NCBI GenBank assembly: GCA_902584805.1
Contig: CACIBE010000002.1
Location: forward strand, 1,212-65,211
Length of the DNA stretch: 64,000 nt
Source of the DNA: an uncultured Alphaproteobacteria bacterium
GTDB taxonomy: Bacteria > Pseudomonadota > Alphaproteobacteria > HIMB59 > GCA-002718135
Reading direction: 5' to 3'
Shown one piece after another: positions 9,544 through 19,631 of this stretch (the stretch's first letter is position 1; every line of letters begins with the position of its first letter). Below the pieces are notes generated by a model, which saw only the letters and a program-made list of their open reading frames with translations, ran no database searches and was not told the DNA's origin. A program made the translations under genes and the position numbers.

Positions 9544-10779
9544 ATGAAAAAACTACTAATAGCTCTATTGTTCACATTTGTTAGCACAAGTGCATATGCT
9601 GGTGGGCACTCACCTTGTGGAGTAACAGATGGATCAATAAAGATTCTAGCAAACGAATTTACAACATACAGAATTTTCATGGATGAAGTAAAAAGTTGTG
9701 CAGGACCTGATGCAGATTTTTCTGTAACACATTCTGTTGATCATAATAAATTACAAGTTGCAGCACTTTCAGCTAACCCAGCTGAATTCTCTGCTAAACT
9801 TGTAACTAATGGTTCAATTACAACTTTAATGAATGATAACTTAATTCGTCCACTTGATGATTTAGTTGCTAAATACGGAAGTGCATTACAAGACAATCAA
9901 AAAATCGTGATTGATGGTAAAATTTATGCAGTAGCATTTATGGCTAATGCTCAACATCTTTGGTACAGAGAAAGTATTCTTAATGATTTAGGTATCGCAG
10001 TTCCTTCAACATATGAAGAGGTAATTGCGGCTGCAGAAAAAATTAAAGCTTCTGGTAAAATGGCTAACCCATATGCTGGTGCTTTCAAATCTGGATGGAA
10101 CTTAGGTCAAGAGTTTGTAAACATGTACCTAGGTCATGGAGGTGATTTCTTTAAAGCTGGAACAGCTGAAGTTAGTGTAAATAACGCTAAAGGTGTAGCT
10201 GCTCTTAATATGCTTAAAAGATTAACCGAAGTAAGTAACCCTGATTTCTTAACTCAAGATACAAATGCAGTTAAAGAAGAATGGGAGTCTGGTAATGTAG
10301 CATTAATGCATATCTGGAACTCAGGTGCAGCTTCATTGTTAGATGATGAAGGTGATCAAGCAATTAAAGCTGATACTAGATTAGCTCCTTCTCCATCTGT
10401 AGGTGGTGGAAGTAAACCAGCAACAACTCTATGGTGGGATGGATTTGGAATTGCAACAAACACTTCTGATGAAAATGCAGAAGCATCTTTTAGAGCTCTT
10501 TTAGGTGCAGCAACTTCAACAGAAATGGCAAATGCTAATCCAAATGCAACAATTTGGTTGATTGATGGTTATTCACCTGGAGATACAGCAGGACCAGTTG
10601 TTGACGCTGCTAATAGAGGTGCAACACCTTACCCAAGCTTACCATATATGAGTCTATTACATGGTGCTTTGAGTACAGAACTTGTTGAATTCCTTCAAGG
10701 AAATGAGTCTGCTGAAAAAGCATTAGCGGATGTAGAAGCTGCTTATGTAGCAAAAGCTACTGAGCAAGGTTTTCTATAA
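9544..10779 (+). CDS. Sugar ABC transporter substrate-binding protein (CUT1, family 1)
   Basis: Signal peptide ending AYA, IDGKIYAV, TLWWDG; followed by two MalF/MalG-type permeases; SD AAGGGG. Confidence 0.88.
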   Translation: MKKLLIALLFTFVSTSAYAGGHSPCGVTDGSIKILANEFTTYRIFMDEVKSCAGPDADFSVTHSVDHNKLQVAALSANPAEFSAKLVTNGSITTLMNDNLIRPLDDLVAKYGSALQDNQKIVIDGKIYAVAFMANAQHLWYRESILNDLGIAVPSTYEEVIAAAEKIKASGKMANPYAGAFKSGWNLGQEFVNMYLGHGGDFFKAGTAEVSVNNAKGVAALNMLKRLTEVSNPDFLTQDTNAVKEEWESGNVALMHIWNSGAASLLDDEGDQAIKADTRLAPSPSVGGGSKPATTLWWDGFGIATNTSDENAEASFRALLGAATSTEMANANPNATIWLIDGYSPGDTAGPVVDAANRGATPYPSLPYMSLLHGALSTELVEFLQGNESAEKALADVEAAYVAKATEQGFL

Positions 10780-10799
10780 ACCGTATAAATATTTATGAT

Positions 10800-10833
10800 A
10801 AAGTGGAACATTATTATGTTCCACTTTTTTTTT
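10800..10833 (+). terminator. Intrinsic terminator-like or mRNA-stabilising hairpin after the binding-protein gene
   Basis: AAAGTGGAACA-TTATTA-TGTTCCACTTT followed by a T tract. Confidence 0.8.
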
Positions 10834-10845
10834 AGTAAGAAATAG

Positions 10846-11874
10846 ATGCCCCACAGAACATTTTTTTGGTTCTTCTTTCCAAGTGGATTGGCGATGTTAT
10901 TATTTATTGGCCTTCCAATTATTTCTAGTTTTTTTCAATCTCTTCACATTGAGCCTGAACAAATTTTGATGGAAGTAGAAAAATGTGATCCATTTGGATG
11001 TAAAACAGAAACAAAAGTTGATATTGAAGCAACAACAAAATTACAAGAAGAACAACCTCTTGGAAGATTCAATGGTTTAGGAACATACGGCGATAGAAAC
11101 CATTTGGCTTTTGATGAAATTAAAGAGGCTTGGACTAATTCCTCATCCATAGCTGAGTTTACGGATATCTTACTAAATTTACCTTTTTACAAAGCACTTT
11201 TATTTACACTTACATTTTGTTTTGCCGTTACACCACCAGTTGTAGTTTTAGGTTTCATTGTTGCTTTAAGTGTAAACACAATTACAAAAAGTTTAAAAGG
11301 CCCAACCATTTTTGGTGTTATACTGCCAATGATTGTAACACCATTGATTGGATCTCTTGTTTTATTTTGGATGATAGATGCTAAAGGAATATTAGGTTCA
11401 TTTATTCAATTCTTATTTGATGATCCAAACCTATCACTAAAGTCCTCAAGTCAATTGACTTGGATTACTCTGATTATTTATGGGATATGGCACAATACAC
11501 CATTTGCTTTTGTTGTCTTTTATGCTGCATTACAAACTGTTCCTCAAGATCCAATTGAAGCAGCGATCATAGATGGCGCCTCAAGATATGAACGAGTCAG
11601 ACATATTGTTATTCCACATCTTTATCCGGTAGCAACATTTATTATATTAATTTGTCTAATGGATAATTTTAGGGTTCTTGAGCCAATAATTGGGTTCGCT
11701 GCTGAAGGAGTTGCTCAATCACTTTCTTGGATGATTTATAACGACTTAAGAAGTGAAAACAAAATGTTATTTGGGTCTGCAGGAGCAACATCTATGTTAA
11801 CTATCATTGGTGTAGCAATTCTACTAACACCAGTACTTATAAGAACATGGAGAGAATTTAGGACAGAAAGATAA
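10846..11874 (+). CDS. Sugar ABC permease (MalF-like)
   Basis: Multiple transmembrane segments; EAA loop EAAIIDGAS. Confidence 0.9.
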   Translation: MPHRTFFWFFFPSGLAMLLFIGLPIISSFFQSLHIEPEQILMEVEKCDPFGCKTETKVDIEATTKLQEEQPLGRFNGLGTYGDRNHLAFDEIKEAWTNSSSIAEFTDILLNLPFYKALLFTLTFCFAVTPPVVVLGFIVALSVNTITKSLKGPTIFGVILPMIVTPLIGSLVLFWMIDAKGILGSFIQFLFDDPNLSLKSSSQLTWITLIIYGIWHNTPFAFVVFYAALQTVPQDPIEAAIIDGASRYERVRHIVIPHLYPVATFIILICLMDNFRVLEPIIGFAAEGVAQSLSWMIYNDLRSENKMLFGSAGATSMLTIIGVAILLTPVLIRTWREFRTER

Positions 11875-11875
11875 T

Positions 11876-12757
11876 ATGGAATCAAAAATTAATAGATACT
11901 CAAAACAACTAATTTTAATAAATAGTTTTTTTATTCTTGCTTGGTTAATTATTTCTGTGTTTCCTTTTATATGGACTTTTTGGGGATCATTTAAAGTAAA
12001 AGCCGACTTTTTCTCAAGAGCTGATTGGATGTTTGCAGTCACAGGAGTTAATACTTTGATAGAAACAGGAGATACTTCTACAGTTAAGGCATATGTAGAG
12101 TCTTGGACTGAAGGTGAATTTTGGAAAGCAACAATGAATACAATTATTATCACTGTTTCAGTTGTTACGATCTCTTTATTTTTAGGAACATTGGGTGCTT
12201 ATGCCTTGTCTCGATCGACATATAAATATACTTTTTGGATTTTAATAGCTGCCTTGATTTTTAGAGCGATGCCACACATTACATTAGTTTCTGGTTATCT
12301 GTTTCCTTTCTTCCAATTGAATGTTTGGGGCATACTTCCAACTACCATAATTGTTTTAGTTGCAATCAATCAACCCTTTACATTATGGTTACTTTATTCC
12401 TTCTTTAAAACAGTTCCTAAAGAGTTAGATGAAAGTGCACTAATTGATGGCTGTTCATATTTTCAAGCGTTTCGCTTTGTTATAATGCCTGTTATGTGGC
12501 CTGGAGTTGTTACCGCAGGTTTATTCAGCATGATGTTAGCCTATAATGATTTTACAGTTACTTCACTTCTTTTAAATCAGCAGAATTATACTATGGTTCC
12601 TAAAATTAATGCTTATTTGGGCACAATTGAACATAGTGGAAATTATATGTGGGCAGTCTCAAGTGTTGTTTCAGCAACTGCACCACTTTTTATGATAATC
12701 ATGTTTTTCCAAAGACAATTAATAAGTGGTTTAACTGCTGGAGCAGTAAAAGGTTAA
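11876..12757 (+). CDS. Sugar ABC permease (MalG-like)
   Basis: Transmembrane segments; ELDESALIDGC; C-terminal GLTAGAVKG. Confidence 0.9.
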   Translation: MESKINRYSKQLILINSFFILAWLIISVFPFIWTFWGSFKVKADFFSRADWMFAVTGVNTLIETGDTSTVKAYVESWTEGEFWKATMNTIIITVSVVTISLFLGTLGAYALSRSTYKYTFWILIAALIFRAMPHITLVSGYLFPFFQLNVWGILPTTIIVLVAINQPFTLWLLYSFFKTVPKELDESALIDGCSYFQAFRFVIMPVMWPGVVTAGLFSMMLAYNDFTVTSLLLNQQNYTMVPKINAYLGTIEHSGNYMWAVSSVVSATAPLFMIIMFFQRQLISGLTAGAVKG

Positions 12758-12775
12758 TAATAAATTTCTAATCTT

Positions 12776-13435
12776 ATGAAATATAAAGCACTTATATTTG
12801 GATCTATCGGGACACTAATTGAATCTTCTAACATTCAACGTAACTCATTTAATGAAGCTTTTAAAGAAGCTGGACTTGATTGGTATTGGGATGAGCAAGA
12901 TTATAAAATTTTGTTAAAAAAATCTGGCGGGACAAAAAGGGTAGAAGATTTTGCTGAAAAAAATAATACTAATGTAAATGCTTCACAAATTAGAAATAGA
13001 AAAACAGAAATCTTTAGCTCATACATTATTCAGAATAAACAAAAATTAAGAAAGAGCGTTGGTGAAATAATTAAGTATACAAAAGATAATAATATTAAAC
13101 TTGCTTTCTCAACTTCTACAACTTTAAATAATGTCGATGCAGTATTTGAAAGTCTTTCGGGTCAAATTTCAAAAGAAGAATTTGAATTCATTGGTAATAA
13201 ATCATTTGTTAAAAATGAAAAACCACATCCAGAAATATACAAAGTCACATTAGATAAATTAAATTTACAGCCAGAAGATTGTCTTGCAATAGAGGATACT
13301 GAAGAAAGTAGTAATTCTGCTGTAAACGCTGGAATTAAATGCATTGGGTTCCCAGGTGATTACCATTTAGAAGATAGTTTTCAAATGTGTATTAAAAAAA
13401 TGAATTTATTAGATCAATCTATTTTTTCATTGTAA
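12776..13435 (+). CDS. HAD-IA superfamily, CbbY-like protein lacking the motif I aspartates
   Basis: FNEAF...LDWYWD, KPHPEIY and AIEDT match CbbY; motif I reads IFGSIGTL instead of FDxDGTL. Confidence 0.75.
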   Translation: MKYKALIFGSIGTLIESSNIQRNSFNEAFKEAGLDWYWDEQDYKILLKKSGGTKRVEDFAEKNNTNVNASQIRNRKTEIFSSYIIQNKQKLRKSVGEIIKYTKDNNIKLAFSTSTTLNNVDAVFESLSGQISKEEFEFIGNKSFVKNEKPHPEIYKVTLDKLNLQPEDCLAIEDTEESSNSAVNAGIKCIGFPGDYHLEDSFQMCIKKMNLLDQSIFSL

Positions 13436-13448
13436 ATAATCAGATCAA

Positions 13449-14216
13449 ATGTTTCTAAAAAATTTTAATGTAAAAAATAAGACTGCTCTTGTGACAGGGT
13501 CAGGCAAAGGCATAGGTAAAGCATGTGCTATAGCATTAGCAGAAGCAGGCGCAAATGTAATAATTCTTAGTCGTACAGAGAAAGATCTTTTAATTATTCA
13601 AAGCAAAATTAAAAAACTCAAAAAGAAATGTAGTTATTATGTGTGTGATGTAACTAATTTAAAAGAAATAAAAAAAATATTTTCTGAAATCAATAAATTA
13701 GACATATTAGTAAATAATGCTGGCACAAATAGACCTGAATATTTCACCAAAATTAAAAGAAAAGATATGAGTGAAGTGGTTGATCTTAATATTAAAGCAT
13801 CATTCGATATTGCTCAATTAGCTACAAAAGTTATGCTTAAATCAAAAAATAGAAAAAAAATTGGTGGATCAATAATAAATATCTCTTCTCAGTTAGGTAA
13901 AGTAGGAGCTCCTCTTAGAAGTGTTTATAATATGACTAAGTTTGGTGTTGAAGGTCTTACCAAAGGGATGGCTATTGATTTGGCTAAGCACAACATAAGA
14001 GTTAATTCCGTTTGTCCTACATTTGTGGAAACCCCAATGGTCAAAAAATTTTTCAAAGATAAAAGTTTTAAAAAATCTGTTATTGAAAACATACCTTTAG
14101 GAAAAGTAGCAACAGAAAGTGATATTGCTAGTGCAGTAGTGTATCTTGCTTCAGATGCCGCATCAATGATGACTGGCTCTTCGTTAGTAATTGATGGAGG
14201 ATGGACAGCTAAATAA
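13449..14216 (+). CDS. Short-chain dehydrogenase/reductase (SDR)
   Basis: TGSGKGIG, NNAG, catalytic YNMTK, IDGGW. Confidence 0.92.
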   Translation: MFLKNFNVKNKTALVTGSGKGIGKACAIALAEAGANVIILSRTEKDLLIIQSKIKKLKKKCSYYVCDVTNLKEIKKIFSEINKLDILVNNAGTNRPEYFTKIKRKDMSEVVDLNIKASFDIAQLATKVMLKSKNRKKIGGSIINISSQLGKVGAPLRSVYNMTKFGVEGLTKGMAIDLAKHNIRVNSVCPTFVETPMVKKFFKDKSFKKSVIENIPLGKVATESDIASAVVYLASDAASMMTGSSLVIDGGWTAK

Positions 14217-14223
14217 TCAAAAT

Positions 14224-15081
14224 TTAATTTTCTTTATTTATAAAATAAGTTGCTACAATTACAATTATACCACCAATAAAAGTAATTAAAGTTGGTATTT
14301 CATAAAAAATTATAAATGTTAACAACACACCAAATACAGGAAATAAAGCGTAAAATGGAAATACTCTATTAACAGGATACATCCTATATAAATAGAACAT
14401 CGACATGTGAGCAGCGATTGAAACAAAGATCCCTGAATGCAATATTAATAACCATGACTGCAAACTAATATTTTTTATTTCATTTAATGTTTGTCCTTCA
14501 AATATTGATGATGAAATAATTAGTAATACAAATCCAACTAGTCCCATTACTGCATTTGTGAGAGTGACTTCTAAATCTTTTAGGTACCTGGAAAATACTT
14601 GTGCACTAGCATAGAAGAATGCCATTAACGTAATTAAGAATAATGCAAAAATTTCATTTCTTATTAAAGGATCAAAGCCTAACAAAATAATTCCAAAAAA
14701 AGAAATAAATATAAGCACCCATTTTTTAATACTTACTTTCTCTTTTAAAAAAAATGAGCTTAATAATATTGCAAATGGTACAGCCAATTGAGAACCAATA
14801 ATGATTGGAGAAACTATATTTGCTTCATTTAAAGATAATGTCATAAAAACATTTGCTAAAAAACCCATAGAAATTGAAAAAAAGAGAAGTGGTAGCCAAT
14901 ATTTTTTTTCAGGAATTCTAAATCTCCAAAAGGGCAAAAGGCATATGAAAACTACTAACATTCTTAAACTTCCCATTAATAATGGAGGTACATTTTCATT
15001 AAAAATAACTTTCTGAACAGGGTAGGCACTTCCAAATAAAAAAGTGATTATTAAAATTAAAAAGTAATGTCTTAAAAGCAT
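14224..15081 (-). CDS. DMT/EamA family transporter
   Basis: About 10 hydrophobic segments; FLKEKVS and FYEIPT repeat ends. Confidence 0.85.
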   Translation of the reverse strand: MLLRHYFLILIITFLFGSAYPVQKVIFNENVPPLLMGSLRMLVVFICLLPFWRFRIPEKKYWLPLLFFSISMGFLANVFMTLSLNEANIVSPIIIGSQLAVPFAILLSSFFLKEKVSIKKWVLIFISFFGIILLGFDPLIRNEIFALFLITLMAFFYASAQVFSRYLKDLEVTLTNAVMGLVGFVLLIISSSIFEGQTLNEIKNISLQSWLLILHSGIFVSIAAHMSMFYLYRMYPVNRVFPFYALFPVFGVLLTFIIFYEIPTLITFIGGIIVIVATYFINKEN

Positions 15082-15104
15082 TCGAGCTAAAATTTATTTA
15101 CTAA

Positions 15105-16004
15105 TTAGTTATTTGCAGCAACTACAGCTGCCATAATTGATGCAAGTTTAGAATTTTTACTATCAGCTCTGCTAGGGACTACAACTGGTACTTTACCACC
15201 AATTACTATTCCCGCAGCACAAGCATTCATAAAATAAACCATTATTTTGGATAAAGAATTTCCAGTTTCTAAATTAGGCACTAATAGTATATCAGCATCA
15301 CCAGCAACATCATTTTTGATTCCTTTTATTGTAGCCGCTTCCTCAGAAACAGCATTATCAAAAGCAAGTGGTCCATGAATAAAAGCATTAATTTTTTCTT
15401 CTAACGCAAGTTCCATAACTTTTTTGGCATCAACTGAGCTTGGCATACTGTCAATTGGATCTTCTGTGCCTGATAAAATTGCAACTTTTGGTTTACTAAT
15501 ATTTAATTTATTACAAAATTGAACAGCATTTTTAAGAATTTGTAATTTTATATCAACTCTTGGTAAAACATTTAAGGCGCCATCAGTAATAAAAAGAGGT
15601 TTTTTAAGCTGTGATGTAGTCATATGCCAAATATGACTTAATCTTTTACCATCAAGTAAATTAAATTCTTTTTTTAAATAAGAGCGCATTAAAATATCAG
15701 TATGAAGATTCCCTTTAATTATGATTTTACTTTTATTTTCATTAGAAATTTGGCAAGCAATTGAAGCACTATCCTCTTCATCTTTAGCCTCTACAATATT
15801 AAAATTAGAAATATCCAAACTTAATTTTTTCGCTGTTTCAGCAATTAAACTTTTATTTCCAATTAAAGTTGGATCGATGAGGTTCATATTTTTACCTTCA
15901 ATTACAGCTGATAATATGCTTTCTTGATTGGGGCACACAACTGCTGCTGGTATGTTGGGAGTCTCTAAAGCTTTACTTTTAAGATCTTCTGGTAATGTGC
16001 TCAT
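15105..16004 (-). CDS. pta: Phosphate acetyl/butyryltransferase
   Basis: KGNLHT, ITDGALN, GPLAFDNA, ADILLVPNLETGN, SRAD. Confidence 0.88.
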   Translation of the reverse strand: MSTLPEDLKSKALETPNIPAAVVCPNQESILSAVIEGKNMNLIDPTLIGNKSLIAETAKKLSLDISNFNIVEAKDEEDSASIACQISNENKSKIIIKGNLHTDILMRSYLKKEFNLLDGKRLSHIWHMTTSQLKKPLFITDGALNVLPRVDIKLQILKNAVQFCNKLNISKPKVAILSGTEDPIDSMPSSVDAKKVMELALEEKINAFIHGPLAFDNAVSEEAATIKGIKNDVAGDADILLVPNLETGNSLSKIMVYFMNACAAGIVIGGKVPVVVPSRADSKNSKLASIMAAVVAANN

Positions 16005-16122
16005 ATTTGGTATTCTCTCTATACCACTGCTACAATTTTTCCTATGATATTTCTTTATTGTGTAAGAAATATTCTTTGATTTATCGATAATTTCATATAC
16101 TCAATCTCTATTAAGGAAAAAA

Positions 16123-17463
16123 ATGGACTTAGAAAAAAGAACTGAAATACCTAATTCATTAGAAGAACATTGGATGCCATTTACATCTAATAGAGACTAT
16201 AAAAATAGTCCAAGATTAATGGTTAAGGCAGAAGGTGTTTATTACACTGATCATTATGGAAATAAATTAATTGATGCTAGCTCAGGATTATTTTGTAGTC
16301 CAGCGGGTCATTCAAGACCAGAAATAAGAGAAGCAGTATCAAAACAATTGGAGCAATTAGATTATGTTCAACCATTTCAACAAGGTTTTGGCGGTTCATT
16401 TGATTTAGCTAGAAAAGTTTCAAAACATACGCCCGAAGATTTAAATAAAATATTTTTTACTATTTGTGGTTCATCAGCTGTTGAAACAGCAATTAAAACA
16501 GCCATAGCATATTTTAAAGCAAAAGGAGAAGGTCATAGATCTCATATAGTAGGAAGAGAAAGAGGTTATCATGGAATGAATATTGGAGGAATTTCTGTTG
16601 GCGGAATGATTGCTAACAGAAAAACTTTTTCAAATATTCTCATGCCAAATGTACATCATCTAAGACATACTCATTTACCTGAAAATTTATTTGTAAAAGG
16701 CGAACCTGAAACAGGTGCTGATCTAGCAGATGATCTTGAAAGAATTGCTGGTAACATAGGTGCTGAAAATATTGCAGCATGTATTGTTGAGCCAGTAGCA
16801 GGATCAACAGGAACTTTAGTTCCTCCAAAAGGATATTTAAAAAGACTAAGAGAAATTTGTGACAAACACGGAATTCTTTTAATTTTTGATGAAGTTATTA
16901 CTGGCTGGGGAAGAATGGGCGCTCCATTTGCAGCTCAAGCTTTTGATGTATGTCCTGATATTATGACAATGGCTAAAGCAATTACTAATGGTGTCGTACC
17001 TTTAGGAGCAGTAGCTTCACGTGATCATATCTATGACACTATTGTTGATGCTTCACCTACAGGGGCTATAGAATTTTTTCATGGTTATACTTATTCTGCT
17101 ATACCTGTTTCAATGGCAGCAGGTTTAGCAATGCAAGATATAATCGAGAAAGAAGATTTATTTAATAGAGCAAAAGATATGTCTCCATATTTCTTAGATG
17201 GTTTATTTACTTTGAAAGACTTAGATATCATTACTGATATAAGAGGATATGGAATGATGGGAGGAATTGATATTAAAATGGATGAGCGTTTAGGCAAAGC
17301 TGGATATGCTTGTTTTAAAAAATTATTTGAAGCAGGCTTAAGCTTGAAAGCAACAGGTGATTGTTTAATCGTTGCACCTCCATTTACTTGTGAAAAAAAA
17401 CATATTGATGAGATAATTGAAAAATTAAGAACAGGTATCTCAAACTATATGCATGACAGATAA
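16123..17463 (+). CDS. Class III PLP aminotransferase, omega-amino acid (beta-alanine/taurine):pyruvate type
   Basis: HWMPFT, RGYHG, VEPVAGSTG, FDEVITGWGR, MAKAITNG, HGYTYS. Confidence 0.88.
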   Translation: MDLEKRTEIPNSLEEHWMPFTSNRDYKNSPRLMVKAEGVYYTDHYGNKLIDASSGLFCSPAGHSRPEIREAVSKQLEQLDYVQPFQQGFGGSFDLARKVSKHTPEDLNKIFFTICGSSAVETAIKTAIAYFKAKGEGHRSHIVGRERGYHGMNIGGISVGGMIANRKTFSNILMPNVHHLRHTHLPENLFVKGEPETGADLADDLERIAGNIGAENIAACIVEPVAGSTGTLVPPKGYLKRLREICDKHGILLIFDEVITGWGRMGAPFAAQAFDVCPDIMTMAKAITNGVVPLGAVASRDHIYDTIVDASPTGAIEFFHGYTYSAIPVSMAAGLAMQDIIEKEDLFNRAKDMSPYFLDGLFTLKDLDIITDIRGYGMMGGIDIKMDERLGKAGYACFKKLFEAGLSLKATGDCLIVAPPFTCEKKHIDEIIEKLRTGISNYMHDR

Positions 17464-18578
17464 TGAAAATAGGTGTTCCCTCTGAGATTAAGGCTCAGGA
17501 GTCTAGGGTTGGGCTTACCCCACAAAGTGTTAAAGAATTAGTAAAGAATAAACATACAGTACTAATTCAAAAAGATGCCGGTGTTGGTGCTGGATTTTCA
17601 AATAGTGATTATGAATTATCAGGTGCAAAAATTGTAAATTCAGCTGAAGATATTTTCAATGATTCTGAAATGATTGTAAAAGTAAAAGAACCTCTAATGA
17701 ATGAAGTATCAATGATAAGAGAAAACCAAATTTTGTTTACTTACTTACATCTTTCAGCAGCTCCAGAATTGACAAAGGGTTTAATTGATTCAAATTCAAT
17801 TTGTATAGCTTATGAAACAGTAAGTGATCATAATAATAAATTACCACTTCTTGCACCTATGAGTGCTGTAGCCGGTAGAATGTCGATACAAGCCGGAGCT
17901 TATTCTCTTGAAAAACATAAGGGTGGAAGTGGTTTACTTTTAGGTGGTGCGCCTGGAGTTCAACCTGGAAATGTCTTAATTTTAGGCGGAGGTGTTGTAG
18001 GTGAAAATGCAGCAATAATTGCTACAGGTATGCAAGCAAAAGTTTTCATTGTTGATAAATCAGAAAAAAGATTAGAAGAATTACAAGAAAAATTTGGTGA
18101 TAAAATAGAACCACTACACAGCGATAAAATAAATCTAAAAGATTATATTTCTGAATGTGATTTACTAATTGGTGGCGTACTTGTTCCAGGCTCTAATGCT
18201 CCAAAGATTATAACTAAGGACATGATAAAAGAGATGAAAAGTGGATCTGTAATTGTTGATGTTTCAATTGATCAAGGTGGTTGTGTTGAAACTAGTAAAC
18301 CAACAACTCATGCAAACCCTACATATGTTGTTGATGATGTTGTTCATTATTGTGTTGCAAATATGCCAGGGGGGGTTCCTAGAACCTCCACTCTTGCTTT
18401 AAATGCAGTCACTTTGCCATTTATTCAAAACTTAGCTTCTAATGGTTTTAAAGATGCTTTAAAAAATGATAAAAATTTTATGAATGGTTTAAATATTTTT
18501 AAAGGTGCCGTTACATATAAAGCTATTGCTGATGATTTAAATTATGATTATGCTAATCCAGAAACTTTAGTCCACTAA
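17463..18578 (+). CDS. ald: Alanine dehydrogenase
   Basis: MKIGVPSEIK, KVKEP, FTYLHL, LLAPMS.VAGR, IDQGGC, HYCVANMPG. Confidence 0.95.
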   Translation: MKIGVPSEIKAQESRVGLTPQSVKELVKNKHTVLIQKDAGVGAGFSNSDYELSGAKIVNSAEDIFNDSEMIVKVKEPLMNEVSMIRENQILFTYLHLSAAPELTKGLIDSNSICIAYETVSDHNNKLPLLAPMSAVAGRMSIQAGAYSLEKHKGGSGLLLGGAPGVQPGNVLILGGGVVGENAAIIATGMQAKVFIVDKSEKRLEELQEKFGDKIEPLHSDKINLKDYISECDLLIGGVLVPGSNAPKIITKDMIKEMKSGSVIVDVSIDQGGCVETSKPTTHANPTYVVDDVVHYCVANMPGGVPRTSTLALNAVTLPFIQNLASNGFKDALKNDKNFMNGLNIFKGAVTYKAIADDLNYDYANPETLVH

Positions 18579-19624
18579 AAACTATTAGAAGCTTCCACCA
18601 TTATTTTTAATTTTATTTTTGCCAAATCTCTAGGTAAGTGGCCAAGGCCGCAATCAGGAGCAACAATTAATTGTTCCCTATCAATAAACTCTAATGCATC
18701 ATTTATTCTTGAGACAATTTCTTTTTTAGTCTCAACTTGAGAGCTTGCTATTTTTACTAGACCAAAAATAACTTTTGTTTGTTTAAAATCTTTTAAAAAA
18801 TTTAAATCATTATATCGATGAGCATCTTCTATAGAAACTGTATCTATAATTGATTCATCTAAAGCTTTACTAATTTTACTGTAAGAATCTAAAGGCGCTT
18901 TTGGATAATCTACTGCATCTAATTTATCAGGATAGCCACAACAAATATGAGTAATTTTTTCAATACTTTGATTATTAATATCCTTAAAACATCTCTCTAA
19001 ATTTTTGATTCCAAAATTAAGAGCATTTTCTGGTTTTCTAGCAAACAACGGTTCATCGACTTGAATATATTTACATCCTGCATCAACTAATCTTTTAATT
19101 TCTACATTAATAGCATCAGCTAAGTCTTCACCCATATGTTCATCTGAATCATAAAATATATTTGCTATGGTATCTGTTATAGTCATTGGTCCAGGAATAG
19201 TAATTTTTAAATCTTTATTTGTTAAACTCTGATTTTTTTTCCACTCTTCGACTAAAAAAGATTCTTTTGCTTTAACTTTTGCAGTTATTGTTGGTAACCA
19301 GCATTTATAATTCCCTGTCCTTGCAACTTTTTCTGTCAGATTTGCAAAATCAATTCCCTCTAAATATCTACAATGATAGTGAATATAATTTTCTCTTCTA
19401 ACTTCACCATCTGTCAGGATATCAATACCGCATTCTTCCTGATCACTAATTATTTCTTTGGTAGCTTTATTAAATAACTCTTCAACATTATCGCCCATCT
19501 TATTTATTTCATCTTCGTAAAATTTAGTTGGATATTCAGTATCTGTACCACCAGAAGCATTAAACCAATCAGTTATTTTTAAATAACTTGGTTTTGGGTA
19601 GGCGCCTATAACAGTTGTTAACAT
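18575..19624 (-). CDS. Second cobalamin-independent methionine synthase II-like Zn enzyme
   Basis: TTVIGAYPKP, TDGE.RR, PGPMT, QVDEP, HICCGYP, PDCGL. Confidence 0.85.
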   Translation of the reverse strand: MLTTVIGAYPKPSYLKITDWFNASGGTDTEYPTKFYEDEINKMGDNVEELFNKATKEIISDQEECGIDILTDGEVRRENYIHYHCRYLEGIDFANLTEKVARTGNYKCWLPTITAKVKAKESFLVEEWKKNQSLTNKDLKITIPGPMTITDTIANIFYDSDEHMGEDLADAINVEIKRLVDAGCKYIQVDEPLFARKPENALNFGIKNLERCFKDINNQSIEKITHICCGYPDKLDAVDYPKAPLDSYSKISKALDESIIDTVSIEDAHRYNDLNFLKDFKQTKVIFGLVKIASSQVETKKEIVSRINDALEFIDREQLIVAPDCGLGHLPRDLAKIKLKIMVEASNSF

Positions 19625-19631
19625 AAATTAA

